Positions 12,801 through 25,363 of a stretch of DNA of 64,000 nucleotides are shown piece after piece. The stretch is from assembly GCF_964204645.1 (NCBI RefSeq), contig NC_134026.1, positions 14,170,150 through 14,234,149 on the forward strand, given 5' to 3'. The translations under genes were made by a program, and so were the position numbers. The notes beneath the pieces are model-generated. The model did not search any database and was not told the origin of the DNA. It saw only the letters and a program-made list of their open reading frames with translations. Within the stretch, counting starts at the first letter, position 1, and every line of letters begins with the position of its first letter. This DNA comes from Tubulanus polymorphus (taxonomy: Eukaryota; Animalia; Nemertea).

Positions 12801-13470
12801 CACACTGTGGTTTAAATATATTCCTACCAGCTGCACGAATCGGCAAAGGAATCGAAGACCGTAGTGACCAGTTCATTCCACGATTAATAGCTGGAAAGAA
12901 AGTAATCGAAATAAATAATCTTGTACATAAGTGTAAACCAGTCCTTTACTAACTACTAAGGCTTTCCAATGGCCCTACACACTACATTAAGGGCCTAAAT
13001 CTATTCTAGGCGTATCCCCCAAAAAACTAGGCATTAGGCAAGTAGGTAGCCAACAATGATCATTGCTTTGCCAAGGACTCATTTGCTATCATACCGTATG
13101 TACTCATATCATTGCACGACCCAGTGGAAACGTAAACTTAACTGCAGTTACACCAAGAAATCATGTCTTACATTCCCTGGTTAGTGGATTCTCACCTTAA
13201 CTTGCACAAACTCTGCTGTCGTTGTCATCGATCCGAGTCGTCAAGTGAACGCGGAAGTAAAATTCCATAAGAATATCCCTACCATTCCGGTTCATAATAC
13301 GTTGATCTGAGCCAGAAATCTTCAGGAAATGTAGCCAACGTAAATTGATTTACTAATAGAATTAATCAATTGACTCATTTTAGGGATCAGAGTTCATTAA
13401 AGTCCTAAAACTCGCCAGAAATTTGCGATAAATTTAAGCTGAAAATGATTTCAACCATCCGCCATGTTGA
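9890..13470. repeat. Diverged tandem duplication (~9890-11500 and ~11760-13470)
   Basis: Long collinear matches (e.g. GTCGTACTCGGCATTATA, CAGCCACAGTCGATTTTCATGCCATCTGACC, GAAATCTTCAGGAAATGTAGCCAACGTAAATTG) at an offset of ~1.9-2.0 kb. Confidence 0.9.
11565..11625 (-). mobile_element. tRNA-derived SINE head / tRNA pseudogene fragment
   Basis: Minus strand reads GCATGGTGGATAAGG (A-box-like), TGTTTGACTCCCAACT (anticodon arm), GAGAGGTCGAGGGTTAGAATCC (B box). Confidence 0.55.
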
Positions 13471-13474
13471 CTGC

Positions 13475-14100
13475 ATATTGTCCGCAGTAAATGACGGATC
13501 CGGACTTATTTTAAGTCTGAATTTGCGATTAAGGGTTGAGTTTGTCGCTGTTTAGACCCGGTAATTACACGGGATTATTTCATAATAGATTACTATTCGC
13601 AAATTCGAAATGGTCAGGCGTTGAGTTATATTTCTGACAGAATTTAAAATTACGTTTATAAGCCGTTGGTAGTCGAATCTGAGAGGAGTTAAATTTTATG
13701 AAAAATGTTTGGCTGGAAAGTGGACCATTTATAATAATAATAATAATCAACAGAAGTACAAGAGGGTTTCTGCGAAAGCAGCAGAAACCCTAATAATGAT
13801 TTAATGTGAAGAGTTGGTTTTAACGAAGAAAAAAAGAAATGTAAATAGCTTAGTCTAAGGGAATAATTCAGAAAACATGATTCAGAAACTTGGTATGTAG
13901 TGTTGGTGGGTGGAAATATATTTCTAGTCGGAGAGTGGTTGATGGAGGTTGCAGATTCTGTAGAAACCATACTAAATTTGGTAGGGAGAGATCACGTGGT
14001 TGAAACTTGGTAGAGGGAGAGAGTAGTTAAAATGGGAAACCAGTAGAGAGAAGAAAGTTCGAATTTTGGCAGCCACCAGTACAGTTGTTAGTAGATCCCA
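13475..14100 (-). mobile_element. 5' leader remnant of a Gypsy-type LTR element with a PBS-like site
   Basis: Minus strand TGGTGGCTGCC at 14078-14068 resembles a tRNA-Leu-type PBS. It carries the GGGTTTCTG-CGAAAGCAG-CAGAAACCC hairpin (~13764) also seen at 39750-39897. Confidence 0.45.
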
Positions 14101-15059
14101 TGAGATTGCCTAGTTGTTAGCCTATTTTTTTGGAGAAGTTCATCTTTAGAGGCGATCGATCATCGGGCACAACTCAATCTAAGTACGATATTCCATCGTT
14201 TCACGACTACACCTCTGTATATATTCTGTTACCGCTAATTTTTATAGCTATTCTTTAACTTTTGAGCTTCGAAAACTAGAAATCCGATATGAGTTTGATC
14301 CTTGGAGGCTGATTTTAAATCCTTTAAATTCTGCCTAGATAAATGGTTACAAATATGATTTTTCCCCAGATCACATTCATTGATTGTATCCGGATATGAA
14401 ATCATTTTATAGGCCAATTTATGTATCCCAATTTAAGGGACATGGTACAATATTTTATCAAAATCTGTTCAATAGGTTCGTATATACCGATACAAATGTG
14501 TTAACAAGCGCAGCCGAAAACGCAAAGCTAGAGATGTTCTCACGCAATTTATACATACATACCATATGGCACCAACACATAAAAAGGCAAGGACGGACGT
14601 GGCAGTTCAACAGCTGTATGCTGCTAAACTGAGAGAAAACGTAGGTATGTATGATTTCCTCTACTTAAAATCATGATTTATTCAACTTATAATAACATTC
14701 AACGAGTTGGGGGCTGTGGCAGCAAATATGTGACTTCGAGGCGCAGATTCCGCCGGAGAATCTGAATCAAAGTTACGTTGGTAGAGCTCGTTCGACGAGT
14801 GAAGAAATATTTTCCAGGGATTTGAGCATTTACTATCATCATTAGTGCACATCTATTCCTAGTGTCATTCTTGTGATCAGTGTCGTTCTTTCCGAGCGTC
14901 GCCACAGCCAAAGGTATTGACGTTGCCCCAATCTGTTTGCACGCCTGTCTGTTCCCATACAGGACTCAACACCTGAACAGGTAAAAGTAGATCTGCACAG
15001 GCTGAGTACATACCAAGTATTCTCCCGCGAGTAGGAAAATCATTGATCCAGGTAGCCAA

Positions 15060-15561
15060 CCTGTTTTACTTGTCGACAATTCCGCCGATTTAGAATCGCT
15101 GGCCTATTTACCTGTCGGCAATTTCCGACGATTTTAAATTTGGGCGTGTACGTGGATTAGCCTTTTATAAAGTGGCTGTGAATGAGGGGCTGTGTGTGCG
15201 AATGAGGGGCTGTGTGTGCGCTTGTATTAGCCTTATATAAAGTGGCTACGATCGAGGGGTAGCGTGTATGCGTGGTTTACCATTAGGCTCTATATAAAGT
15301 TGCTGAGATCGAGGGGCCGAAGGTGTGCATGATTTAGTTTTTCCTAAAGTAGCTGGTGCTATGTGATTGCGTGGATTACCCGGATATAAAGTGGCTTGGA
15401 TCGATCACCCTTATAGACATAAAGTGAATAGTTGGATCGATGGGCCGTGTCTTTGCTCGAAAATCTATCTTCCCTTCAACAATTTAGAATCGTCGGAATT
15501 TTCGGCAAGTTATATAGGTCTGAAAGTTAAAATCGTCGGAATTCTCGACAAGTATAATAGG
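15060..15561. mobile_element. MITE with repeated ~33-bp terminal inverted motifs and internal tandem repeats
   Basis: CCTGTTTTACTTGTCGACAATTCCGCCGATTT is inverted relative to AAAATCGTCGGAATTCTCGACAAGTATAATAGG. Internal TATAAAGTGGCT units. Confidence 0.65.
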
Positions 15562-15704
15562 TCGGCAATTTAAAACCGAACAACTCACTTTATTAAAGAA
15601 AACCCTTCACGGTGAAACGGTTTCTGTGTAGCGGATTGGGGCCCGCACATGGGGCCCATCTCGGGTAACATCATATATATTAAAAAGGGGTGTTTTTATA
15701 TTAG

Positions 15705-16395
15705 ATATTGACGCCGATATAAACATGCACCTATTTTTATCAATTGATTTAAAAGAGTCGAGTAGTAAATTGCTTTAAATTCCGAGATATCAGTAACTTA
15801 AACTTTGAGGTGGGCCGCCAGATCATGCGGGTACCAGTCAAACGGAAAGCCGCACTTGCCAAGGGTCCACCAGTATCGTCCACCACCTACTCGCTTCCAC
15901 CAGCGGGCAGCTGGGAACGGCTTAGCTTAGTGAATTCGAATCCCTTGATGGGTGAAGATGAAAAAAAAACCGGAATCGGCCGTATATTAATTTCATTTCT
16001 TTCAGAAACGTGTATGGAAAGTGACTATGTTTACTTATTAAGTTCAACATAGAAAAAAGTAAAGACGACTTACACTTTACCATATATATATATGTATTCG
16101 GGCAAAGGGCGTGGTTAAATATTCAGCTTCGCGGAAGTTCGCTGAAATCGTTCATAATGGAGCGAGTTCATCATAAGCAAGGATGATTTGTACCTGTTTA
16201 GTTTGATGTAAATGTTTAGAGATAAAAGGCTTACGGCCGATTCCGTGTTTTCAGATTTATGTTTGACTGGTCCCCGGTGATCCGGCGGCCCACTTCAAAA
16301 TTTTTGTTGCCGCTATTTCGGAATTTAAAGCCATTTTTAGGCCGGCTCTTCTAAATCAAGTGATACAACAGTCCACGCTTATCGGCGTCAACACC
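15705..16395. mobile_element. MITE with long imperfect TIRs (>130 bp)
   Basis: TTGACGCCGATA...GTGGGCCGCCAGATCA...CCAGTCAAAC (15708-15843) is inverted relative to GTTTGACTGG...TGATCCGGCGGCCCAC...TATCGGCGTCAA (16261-16391). Confidence 0.7.
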
Positions 16396-17423
16396 TGCAC
16401 CGGTTTTGCTGAAGAAAAGCATCCGGTGTTCGGCGTAACCAAAGAAAATCACCCAAAATATCGAAGATCTCGTGAGCGAAGGTCCGTGATCAAATATCAA
16501 AAAGAAATTCATTTTCTGCGAAAAAAACATGTTTCGGTAATATCATTTTATCGATTACGAGAATAGATTTATCTGTAATAGAAAATCGTCAGATTTCTAC
16601 ATTAAATCTCACGGCTTCAATACTTTTATATACTTTTTTGGAAGCTCTGTAAGTTAATCGCGCGTGTGAGGCAAATTCAAATTTTCTGTATTTCTCCATA
16701 CCGTCCTTCTCGAAAAGTGTTATTTTGAACACATGTAGGGTTGGGTAAATTGCGGCTAAGGAAATTACGGTCACGGATGGACTCTCGTCGAAACTTGCGG
16801 GCCGCGTCGCGTCGGATAATTTACCCCTAGAGAACCCAAGACTAATTGTAACCACACAAAAATTATGAAAATGCAATTAATTGCAGCTATAGCATAGCAA
16901 AGTACAACCCAGGTTTCATTTTTGAAATTTGGAAACTGTGACCTACATTTTGTAAATTGGTCACGTACGTCCACGTGGGAATGTATGTGTCAAAGTCATA
17001 AATATTGTAAAAAGCGTTGCCAAATTTCGTAATATCACAAAATAAGCACATTCAGCATCTTAACAGTCCTCATAATACCAATTAGGCATTGTATAGTTCA
17101 ATTAATACGGTACTCATGGCGACGGAAACGTGTCTGTGTGAAACAAAGTCCATCCTCGCACTCATGACACATTTTTGGTCAGTTTTGGCTAGTAGGCATA
17201 TTTATCTGATTGCACATCCGTTTTTGTAACTGGACAGCTCGATGAAGGTGGACATTGTCCGGTCACATTCTGTAAGCATGTAAATAAAGAAAAATTACGT
17301 TAATATAGTACATCTCTGAACCAGTAATGCATACACAGTAAATGCATATACAGTAGGCCATAGTTTTTCCCTTTAAATAGTATTTTGAAGACTAATTATG
17401 AAATTTTGCATAAGACATAAAGA

Positions 17424-17720
17424 ACCATAGGAACGTATGTGACCCACGCTAAATAACACACCTGACTGGAACCATCCTCATCATTTATCACATTAAAAAC
17501 GCGGCCTACGTGTGCTTTCAGTACTATAGATAACAACTAACAACAATACAGTGTCACCACTTACCTGGTATATAATCTGTGGCTGGATGACTACACACAT
17601 ATTAATGCACTCTTCATTTCCACGGGGCCCGCCATTTTGAATTCATTGTAAAAACCTAAAGGTTATTTAATCTGCCGCCAGATGACAACATAGTATGCCC
17701 ATATGTGTCCCTATGGTCTT
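17424..17720. mobile_element. Possible small MITE
   Basis: ACCATAGGAACGTATG and CATATGTGTCCCTATGGT form imperfect inverted ends. Confidence 0.35.
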
Positions 17721-17885
17721 TCTGAGTGACTTTTTTAAATTTTTTTGTTGTACTGAAAATTTTCAGGGGGTCAATGCTGCTGGGACAAATATGACCCCAT
17801 GGGCTCTATTTGGCTTTAAATGCGCGAATGAGGGATTCTATGGATGATTTTTGTTAAATCTTCAAAATATTTACAAATATTATTC

Positions 17886-19087
17886 AAAATATAGCTGCTA
17901 AGCAGCGATGACGGGTTTTCTGCAGAGCCATTCAGAACGATGGGAATTGTAGTAAATTGAAATACCGATACATAGAATAAAATGCATTGACAGATTCGAA
18001 CCTAATATGCAACCGCTGTGTAAACGTCAAATATGATTTAGCTTTGAAAGCGAACATATTAAGCGGACGTACAATCAACAAATATGAATTTATTTGACCA
18101 GGCATTTATTTTGGCATTCAAACATCATGATACTGTATTATCACCATGCTTAACTAGGGGTCCAGGGACACCATGCCCACTTGGGAAGTTGTTTCAAATG
18201 CTCAACAATCTAACAATTTCAATATTCAATGCCCCCTGGTGACCATATACAAAAACCAATGACCTTGAAACTCAAACTGAAAATCATAGAACATGTCATA
18301 TGCTACGATTTTGTAATTGATTGTGTTAACAAAATATGCCTCGTTACCAATTTAATATGGAAATACTAAGTTATTCTACAATTCAATGCCCCTTGGTGAC
18401 CATATTCAAAACCCAATGACCTTGAAACTCGCCACAATCATAGACCATGCCATGAACTACAACTTTGCAATTGATCATGGTAACAAAATATGCCAAGGCA
18501 CCAATAAAATAAGGAAATTCTAAGTTATTCCACTATTCAATGCCCCCTGGTGACCATATAGAATAACTAATGTCCTAAAAACAGACCACAATCATAGGCG
18601 ATATCATGAGCTACAACTTTGCAATTGATTGTGGTAACAAAATATGCATTGGTACAAATATAATATAGAAATACTAAGATATTATATTATTCAATGCCCC
18701 TACAGGTGGCCATATACAAAAAGTAATGACCTTGAAACTCACCACAATCATAGAACAGCTTAAAATCTACAATCTTTCTAATTCATTGTTGTAACAAAAT
18801 ATGCTTAGGTATCAATATAATGTCGAAAAACTTTTTCCCACCTACGAATGAGTACCGATAACACCAAGATGGCCGCCAATTGCGTCAAAATTGGCTGATC
18901 AAAAATACCTGGGCCAGTTTTTGGGCTGAAGATGTGTCTAGGGTAGATACATGTGTAACCCAAATATCAAGACATTACATCGAAGAAGCGTCTTCAAAAC
19001 TTCCCAAAATAACTGGATTCCGTCTACGGACGGACGGACGACGGACGGAATGTGAACACAATAGCCCGCTGCTAAGTTGGCTAAAAA
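17886..19087 (-). mobile_element. Non-autonomous Helentron (HINE/DINE-1-like), composite of two subfamily ends
   Basis: Terminal hairpin GCTGCTAAGCAGC (17893), a second HINE end AACTAGGGGTCCAGGGACACC (18152), four ~155-bp tandem units and a (GGAC)n microsatellite near 19030. Homologous to 42813-44230. Confidence 0.75.
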
Positions 19088-20473
19088 TGGATCTGTCCTA
19101 TTATGAACTCATCTTAAGCACCTGCTGAGTCAATAGATTGAGTGAATTTACAGAACGTATTATGATTTGGAATAGATTTAAGAAGTTAATCTTTTTATTG
19201 AAATATTTGAATAATTAACATATATTATTAATTAATAATTAACATATATTGTAGTGTAGATTCAATCAATAAATTATGAATTGATTTGGTCTGGGTTTCC
19301 GGCTGATGTTGATTTTGGCTTTTAAGGATTACAAATTCTATAGTGATAAACAATTCATACCTGCAACATGTGTGTAAATCAAACCTATTCCATTAGTTGC
19401 GCGTGTTTCCTAATAAACGGTAGAGTCAACTCATGATCTAAGTAATTGGAAAAATAATGTTCATTTAGTTATAGAAATTCAATGCCTTTTTGAAAATTCT
19501 ATGATAATATTTGTTCTGTCCTAACTTGTATTACTGTATGAACCAATGATATGCTATGAAAATATGATGCAATAAAATAAATTTGAATTTGAACATAAAT
19601 TTGAATATGAGAATCAAGCATAACTTGTGTTTTTTCAACTTGTCTTGTTAACAGTTCCAGAGTTTCAATTACAATCAAATCCAAATTGGCTAAAAAGTAC
19701 ATAGGACTAAATGAAATGAACTGTTAGTCACTGCAAACCTATTCTAGTGTTATGTCGATCGTGTTGAATCACTTTGCTTGAGTTGAAAGAATCAGATCTT
19801 CTATGGTGCAACATCGGTCGAAAAAAGATATCTTGGTCTTGACCATCTAACTTCATGCGTTTGACATTGGTATCAGCATCATACCCATTTGAACTGCAAA
19901 ATATTCATACAACATGAAAACCTACAGTACATGTATACAGTAATCAAACTTTCACCAATGTTGGATTTTGAATGCACGTTAGGCTTATTTCAGTATTCTA
20001 AAGCAGGAAATAATAAGCCCAATCAATAGGCCCTATTCCCATTGGTAAAATTGTATAATGCGTAAAGCTGTACCGTACACGTTTCAGTCAAGATTGGAGA
20101 AATCGGTATACCAAACCTACGTACAGCAAAATGTACAGGCCTACAATGATTTCTGGTGTACAAGCCGTGACCACGTGAACGTTTAGGATCTAGGTTTGAC
20201 TATTAATGTCAGCAGGCCAGAGAAGGCCTGAGTAAAATTTAATTGCATGGCTCAAATCAATTAGCATTTCTGCGTGTGAATACTTCACTGTATTGTTTTA
20301 AAAATAGGACTATCGAGTGAATTAGGGCATAGACTGAATTAGACTTTAGGCTAGTCCTGACCAAATCCTATCCATGTTATAATGGCACCAGAAACATCAC
20401 TGTAGGGCCGACGAGAGGGTAAAAGTTGTGTTTGTAGTATATAGGTGTGGTAGGCTTATCTTACTCACTTAAT

Positions 20474-20948
20474 ACTTAAAACGCTGTTGTTACCTGTACC
20501 TGATTGTACGGTGATTTCTACAGGTTAGCCGTATGTGAGTACGTTGACGCTCAGACTTGCAATATTGGGATTTAAAACCGAACGAAAAAAAAAATCCAGT
20601 AGTAGTCCAGTGATTTACCCACTGTGCCACAGAACGTAACTGCAGGGTGGATGAAATTTAATTTACAAATAGCCTAGCCTCACCTAACCCAAACTCTATT
20701 CTTTCACGCATGCACGTTTGGAGATTATAGGAGCTCACGTACGGCGTTTGTAGGGAACTCACGTACGGTAAACCTGTGGATATCACCGTACAGTCACGTA
20801 CGGGTAACAACTTCGTACTTAAAATGGTATTGGCTACTAGGAACTCACGTACGGCGTTAGTAGGGAACTCACGTACGGTTAACCTGTGGAGATCACCGTA
20901 CAGTCACGTCCGGGCAACAACTACGTACTTAAAATGGTATTGGCTACT
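20474..20948. mobile_element. MITE-like element with a tandemly duplicated 110-bp right end
   Basis: 20483-20540 is inverted relative to 20757-20815. 20729-20838 is repeated at 20839-20948. Confidence 0.6.
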
Positions 20949-21457
20949 ATAAAATAGGCCTAGACAAATAGATACCGGTAGGCTTTCTTAGTTTCCACAC
21001 TTCACAACCGAACCAACTGACCAACCAGTATATTTTAGTCACAGTCCGCACCAACCGGCACAGGCCTAAACACTGTTTGTCAACTGTGTGTACCGCGTAG
21101 TAAGCGATACGTTATCATCATCAAATCAAAGTAAGTATAAACGTGATGCCCTGTAAATGCTATAGGCACTTTCTTAATTACCGACAGATCGTATATCAAA
21201 CGCGTGTCTGAAAGTAATCGTTTGTTTTTCCTGCCGGTTACTCTCAAACTCGTCAATACATTACAAATTACAATAGGCTATACAGCTGACAGCGGACACG
21301 CACATTCTCAACTAGGCCTACTTATTAAATGCGTATTTGTACTAAGTCTACATATTATAATAATACTGTCTTCGGAAGATTTTTTTATCGACAAAAAGCA
21401 GTTGATGTGAGATCTCTCAGCTTTACTCAAAATGAAAATTATTTGGCTTCCTTTCAG

Positions 21458-22313
21458 GCGATGACTCACGTACTCATTCAGACTTAGAAGAATCCAATTT
21501 AAATAGCTTAGATCCCTACTCGCTAGAACCATTAGCCATACGTGAACAAGATAACGGAGAGATAAATCTAATGTCAGAGGAAGGCCTACTAGGTGAAGGG
21601 ATGGAAAGGATTGGAAACAAAGATTGGTAGGCCTATATTTATGAACGTTTTTTTACTTGAGACCATTTTTGCATCATCGCTTGCCAGGGTTTGATTGTTT
21701 GATTCATTAATAGACCAATGCGAGGACGATTCGTTGAGGATTGAAACAAATATACTCAATACAGAAATCTTTTTTAATTCATAGGTGTGAATGTAATAAC
21801 TGTGTTAGCATGGAGACAGAACCAGAAAGCTATTGCTGCCACGAAAAGAATGCTGTCCTCCATAAAGTGGAAGAATTTTCCTCTGAAAATGGTCACGAGT
21901 TGATGTGCATCACCGCAAATCCTGGGTTTCGTTCAGTTTGTCTAGATCCGTGGTCTCTCGAAATGGCATATCAATATTTAAAAGCTGATGGGTACATTGA
22001 ACCTGAAATGCCCAATCAAGCGTAAGTAGAAAAATAGCAATAATTAGTTTTTTTTAAATTTTTTATTGTTTCAGGCAAAGAGAAATTCTTTTGCATGAAT
22101 GTACATCAATATAAACAAAAGTTTAATGCATTTATTCTATTTACAGAAAATATAGATATACTGGCTATAGAAGATTTACCCAGTGGAACTATGGAATATT
22201 GGGAAAAAAAGAAAAGAATACCTATTCCAAGTTGTGTTGTTTCACAAATGAGAGAAACTTATCCAGATGAAGGTGGCATTTACAAAGGATTTAAACAACC
22301 AAATCTAAATTAA
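21458..22313 (+). pseudogene. KolX-type / P2X7-ballast (nanor-like) cysteine-rich protein of a Kolobok transposon, spliced
   Basis: Exons 21458-21626, 21785-22021 and 22147-22313 with GT-AG introns give LDPYSLEP...RIGNKDW|CECNNCVSMETEPESYCCHE...CITANPGFRSVCLDPWSL...A|KYRYTGYRRFTQWNYGILGKK-KRIPIPSCVVSQMRETYPDEGGIYKGFK. One +1 frameshift in an A-run near 22205. Confidence 0.8.
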
Positions 22314-22527
22314 GTACATTTTGTAGTAGTGTTAACTAATAGGTTTGTTGTTTTAGATCATACATTTACAGCCCTGCACTTATTTATTTACTACATGATT
22401 TCATAATTTGAAGGGATGAAAATTATTTTTTATAATTAATATTTATTTACCATTCTTAAATATACAATCATGTTGTTGTTACGATTGGCAATACTAGTTT
22501 ATGAAAACCTTCAGTTTTGTGTGCTAT

Positions 22528-24430
22528 TTATTCGGTTTCTTTATCAGCAAACCGGGTCTTGTGCATGATAGCATCTTCTTTGTTGACTCGAGTTACTTTA
22601 CTTGTCAGGGGTGGTGGTTTGGAATTGTCGCTGGGGTAACTCCTACCAGAGACAACACGGTCGCTGACACAGGCCATTAGTGGAGTAATGTAATCTGAAA
22701 TAAACAATGTGCCAAAACTCCATGGTAATAAATATATGTACATATATTTATATGATTAAGTCATTAATATAAACTTACTGAAAGTTGCTCGCTCAAATAC
22801 TTTGCAAAGAGTATAACTTCCTTGCTTGAACTTCGGATATACAATTAAGTACCTATCGTCACCGTGTTTTGTTTTAGCTTGCTTCCGCCAACATTTTCAT
22901 TGTGATGAAGGATTGCTATTTGATACCTGAAAATGTTACACAAATGAACATCAATATTTTGCTGGCACTTTATCGAGGATCTTTGAAAATACTCCAGTTC
23001 TCTATTTACCTTGCCCTCATGCCATGATAACTGAAATGGAGCATTTTTGGGGCCATGTGCTTCAGCAGTGAATGGAACGATTCAACTCCGGATGTGACAC
23101 TGTTCGGTGAAAGCTGTTTAACATCCTTCAGAACATTTGTTGAAAATACAGTTTGATGTCAACGAGTATATGCTTTTGAATCTACAAACAAAAGTCTCCC
23201 CATTTCAAGGTATGGTACAGGTGCATATAAAATGAAGGGTGCTATTTTCGAAAAGCTAGGTGAGATATATAGTGTAAACCTATAGCCTGAAGAAGGATGA
23301 GAAAAGGCATAATAACACAAACCAACAAGAGCTAAAGACTTATTTGGAGTTGATATTTTACTCATTCTGTAACCATAATAACATGTAAGGTGAAAGTCAT
23401 AAAGCAGTGATTACAATAAAAGCTGTGAAATTTATATGTTATACATCTATTATATAATGTTTTTTTGATTACCATCATAAAGACATGCTGATTCTACCTG
23501 TAAGGTATTCAAAATATAAGTACAATTTGTAAATAACCGAAAATTGATAATGGTTTATTTTAATACTTACGACTATTAAACCACTTTCTATCATCTATTT
23601 AAGATTGAAAACAGTTTTTGAAAGGCAAATAAATGCCTCTACACTTACTTTAAAAAGTTGAGCTTTTACCTTTTTCCACATGCCAAATATCAAAAGAATG
23701 CTTAATTGGTGCATAATTCTCTCTCATCATTTTTCTGATAGAGGGATGCCTATCGGTCACAAGCTCTTTAACACTTATTCCGGCATCATCAAGTTTTTTA
23801 GGGCCCGTATAAGTCCTTCCTTCTCCATTGCCGAACTGGAACTAACCTCGTTGGACTGAAAACCATAAGACACATTTTGATTTAGTGTGTTCAAACCAAG
23901 CCCCTTTTGCTTAGGCACCATAGCCAAGAAATTATACCTGAACAAGTTCTGCGGCAATTATTTTCTTGCTCGACTTCTCAACGATTGTGCATGTACCGTA
24001 TTTAGCTGTGTGACCTAGAAATATGAACTAAATGCTGTGGAAACAATGCGTTACAAGTATGTATGTTAAATTTAATTGGATTTATGTAAAAAAAATTACC
24101 TGGACTATCAGCTCGCCCATCGCCTAAAGCCACATTACCACCGATTTCACTGTTTCTAATACTAGAAATCTCGCGTTCTTTCTCAAAAACATCATTGACG
24201 GCACGAATGAGGTACTTGGTTTGCATCTTCATGTATGTATCATAACTCATACATCGAACATTCATATGTTGCAGCATTCTGAAGGCTTTTGCTGGCGCTA
24301 ATCCAGCAAATAGAATAGAGGCTCCAAGCGAAATGTTTCCAACTCTAATTTTGCCTATCTTAGGTTGACTTTGCCAAATTCTATTTTCTTTGCAAAAACC
24401 AGGTTGACACTCTTGCTGAACAGATATTGC
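22528..24430 (-). pseudogene. Kolobok-family DDE transposase, spliced, 5'-truncated
   Basis: Exons give WQSQPKIG..GNISLGASILFAG...GDGRADSPG|HTAKYGT...ELVQ|SNEVSSSSAMEKEGL...LVTDRHPSIRK...HSFDIWHVEK|...TSGVESFHS...APKMLHFSYHGMRAR|...ILHHNEN...|PPPL...KTRF*. Confidence 0.8.
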
Positions 24431-24510
24431 ATCATCATCATCATCGTCATCATCGTCATCATCGTCATCATCATCAATCGTCGTCGTCGTCGTCGTCGTC
24501 ATCGTTATCG
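24431..24510. repeat. (CAT)n/(CGT)n microsatellite at the Kolobok/Polinton junction
   Basis: Directly visible. Confidence 0.9.
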
Positions 24511-24512
24511 TT

Positions 24513-25333
24513 AGATCTCATCATATTATTACTCATAATCCTTCTAATATTAATCCTGATGAAACTTCATATGTTAGAATCCCGAGATTAAATCAAAATA
24601 CTTTTTATGTTCCAAATAGTATTTATTTATCAGCTGATATAAATGTAACTGGTAATAATAATAATAATGTTGTTGATAATGTTGGAAGATATTTGATTGA
24701 AAAATTAACTATAAAGATTGGTCGAGAAACAGTTTTCTCATTAGATGATTATAATTTATCTATGCATTATAAAGATGTATGGTTAACTAAAGAAAATGGT
24801 AGTGATATGATAAATTTAAAACTGTAACTATTGATGCAAGTGATGAAATTAGTAATGAGAATATTAACTTCCCAAGAAGATCTATTAAAGGTATATTAAT
24901 ATTTTTTACAATTGCAACATATTCTAATGGTGCAATAAGTGTTGATGATTATTATAATCCTGAAATATCAAAAGTAGAAATAACAATTGAAGGTATAGCA
25001 AATAAAATTTTTTGTCAGGGAATGAGAATGATAGATCAGTGGCCAGAAATTAGAAAACATTTTATGAATAAAAGAAATAAATCATCTGAAAATTGTAATA
25101 TTAATCAAATTGATTATTACACCGGCAATAAACATGCATTATGGTTAGATTTTAGAACAACATAGGATAATTCATTACATGGTTCTGGGAAAAAGCTGCA
25201 GAATACTAAAGATGGGATCCAATTATTCATGAAAAAGAAAAAAGGAATCAAAAATTTCAAAGTGCACATTTATATTATATCTGACGCGCAATTAAATATT
25301 ATAAATTCTCAATTAGATAGTATTCAATATTAG
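24513..25333 (+). pseudogene. Polinton major capsid protein with an internal deletion
   Basis: N-terminus RSHHIITHNPSNINPDET..VRIP...VVDNVGRYLIEKL...YKDVWLTKE. It jumps at ~24810 to the C-terminus ...LWLDFRTT..NSLHGSGKKLQNTKDGIQL...HIYIISDAQLNI. Confidence 0.8.
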
Positions 25334-25363
25334 AAATATTAAGTTAAAATTAACGATATATAA

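Noticed and set aside
21741-22313. P2X7 purinoceptor gene
   Set aside because: Only the cytoplasmic Cys-rich domain is present, with no channel domains, and it is paired with a transposase.
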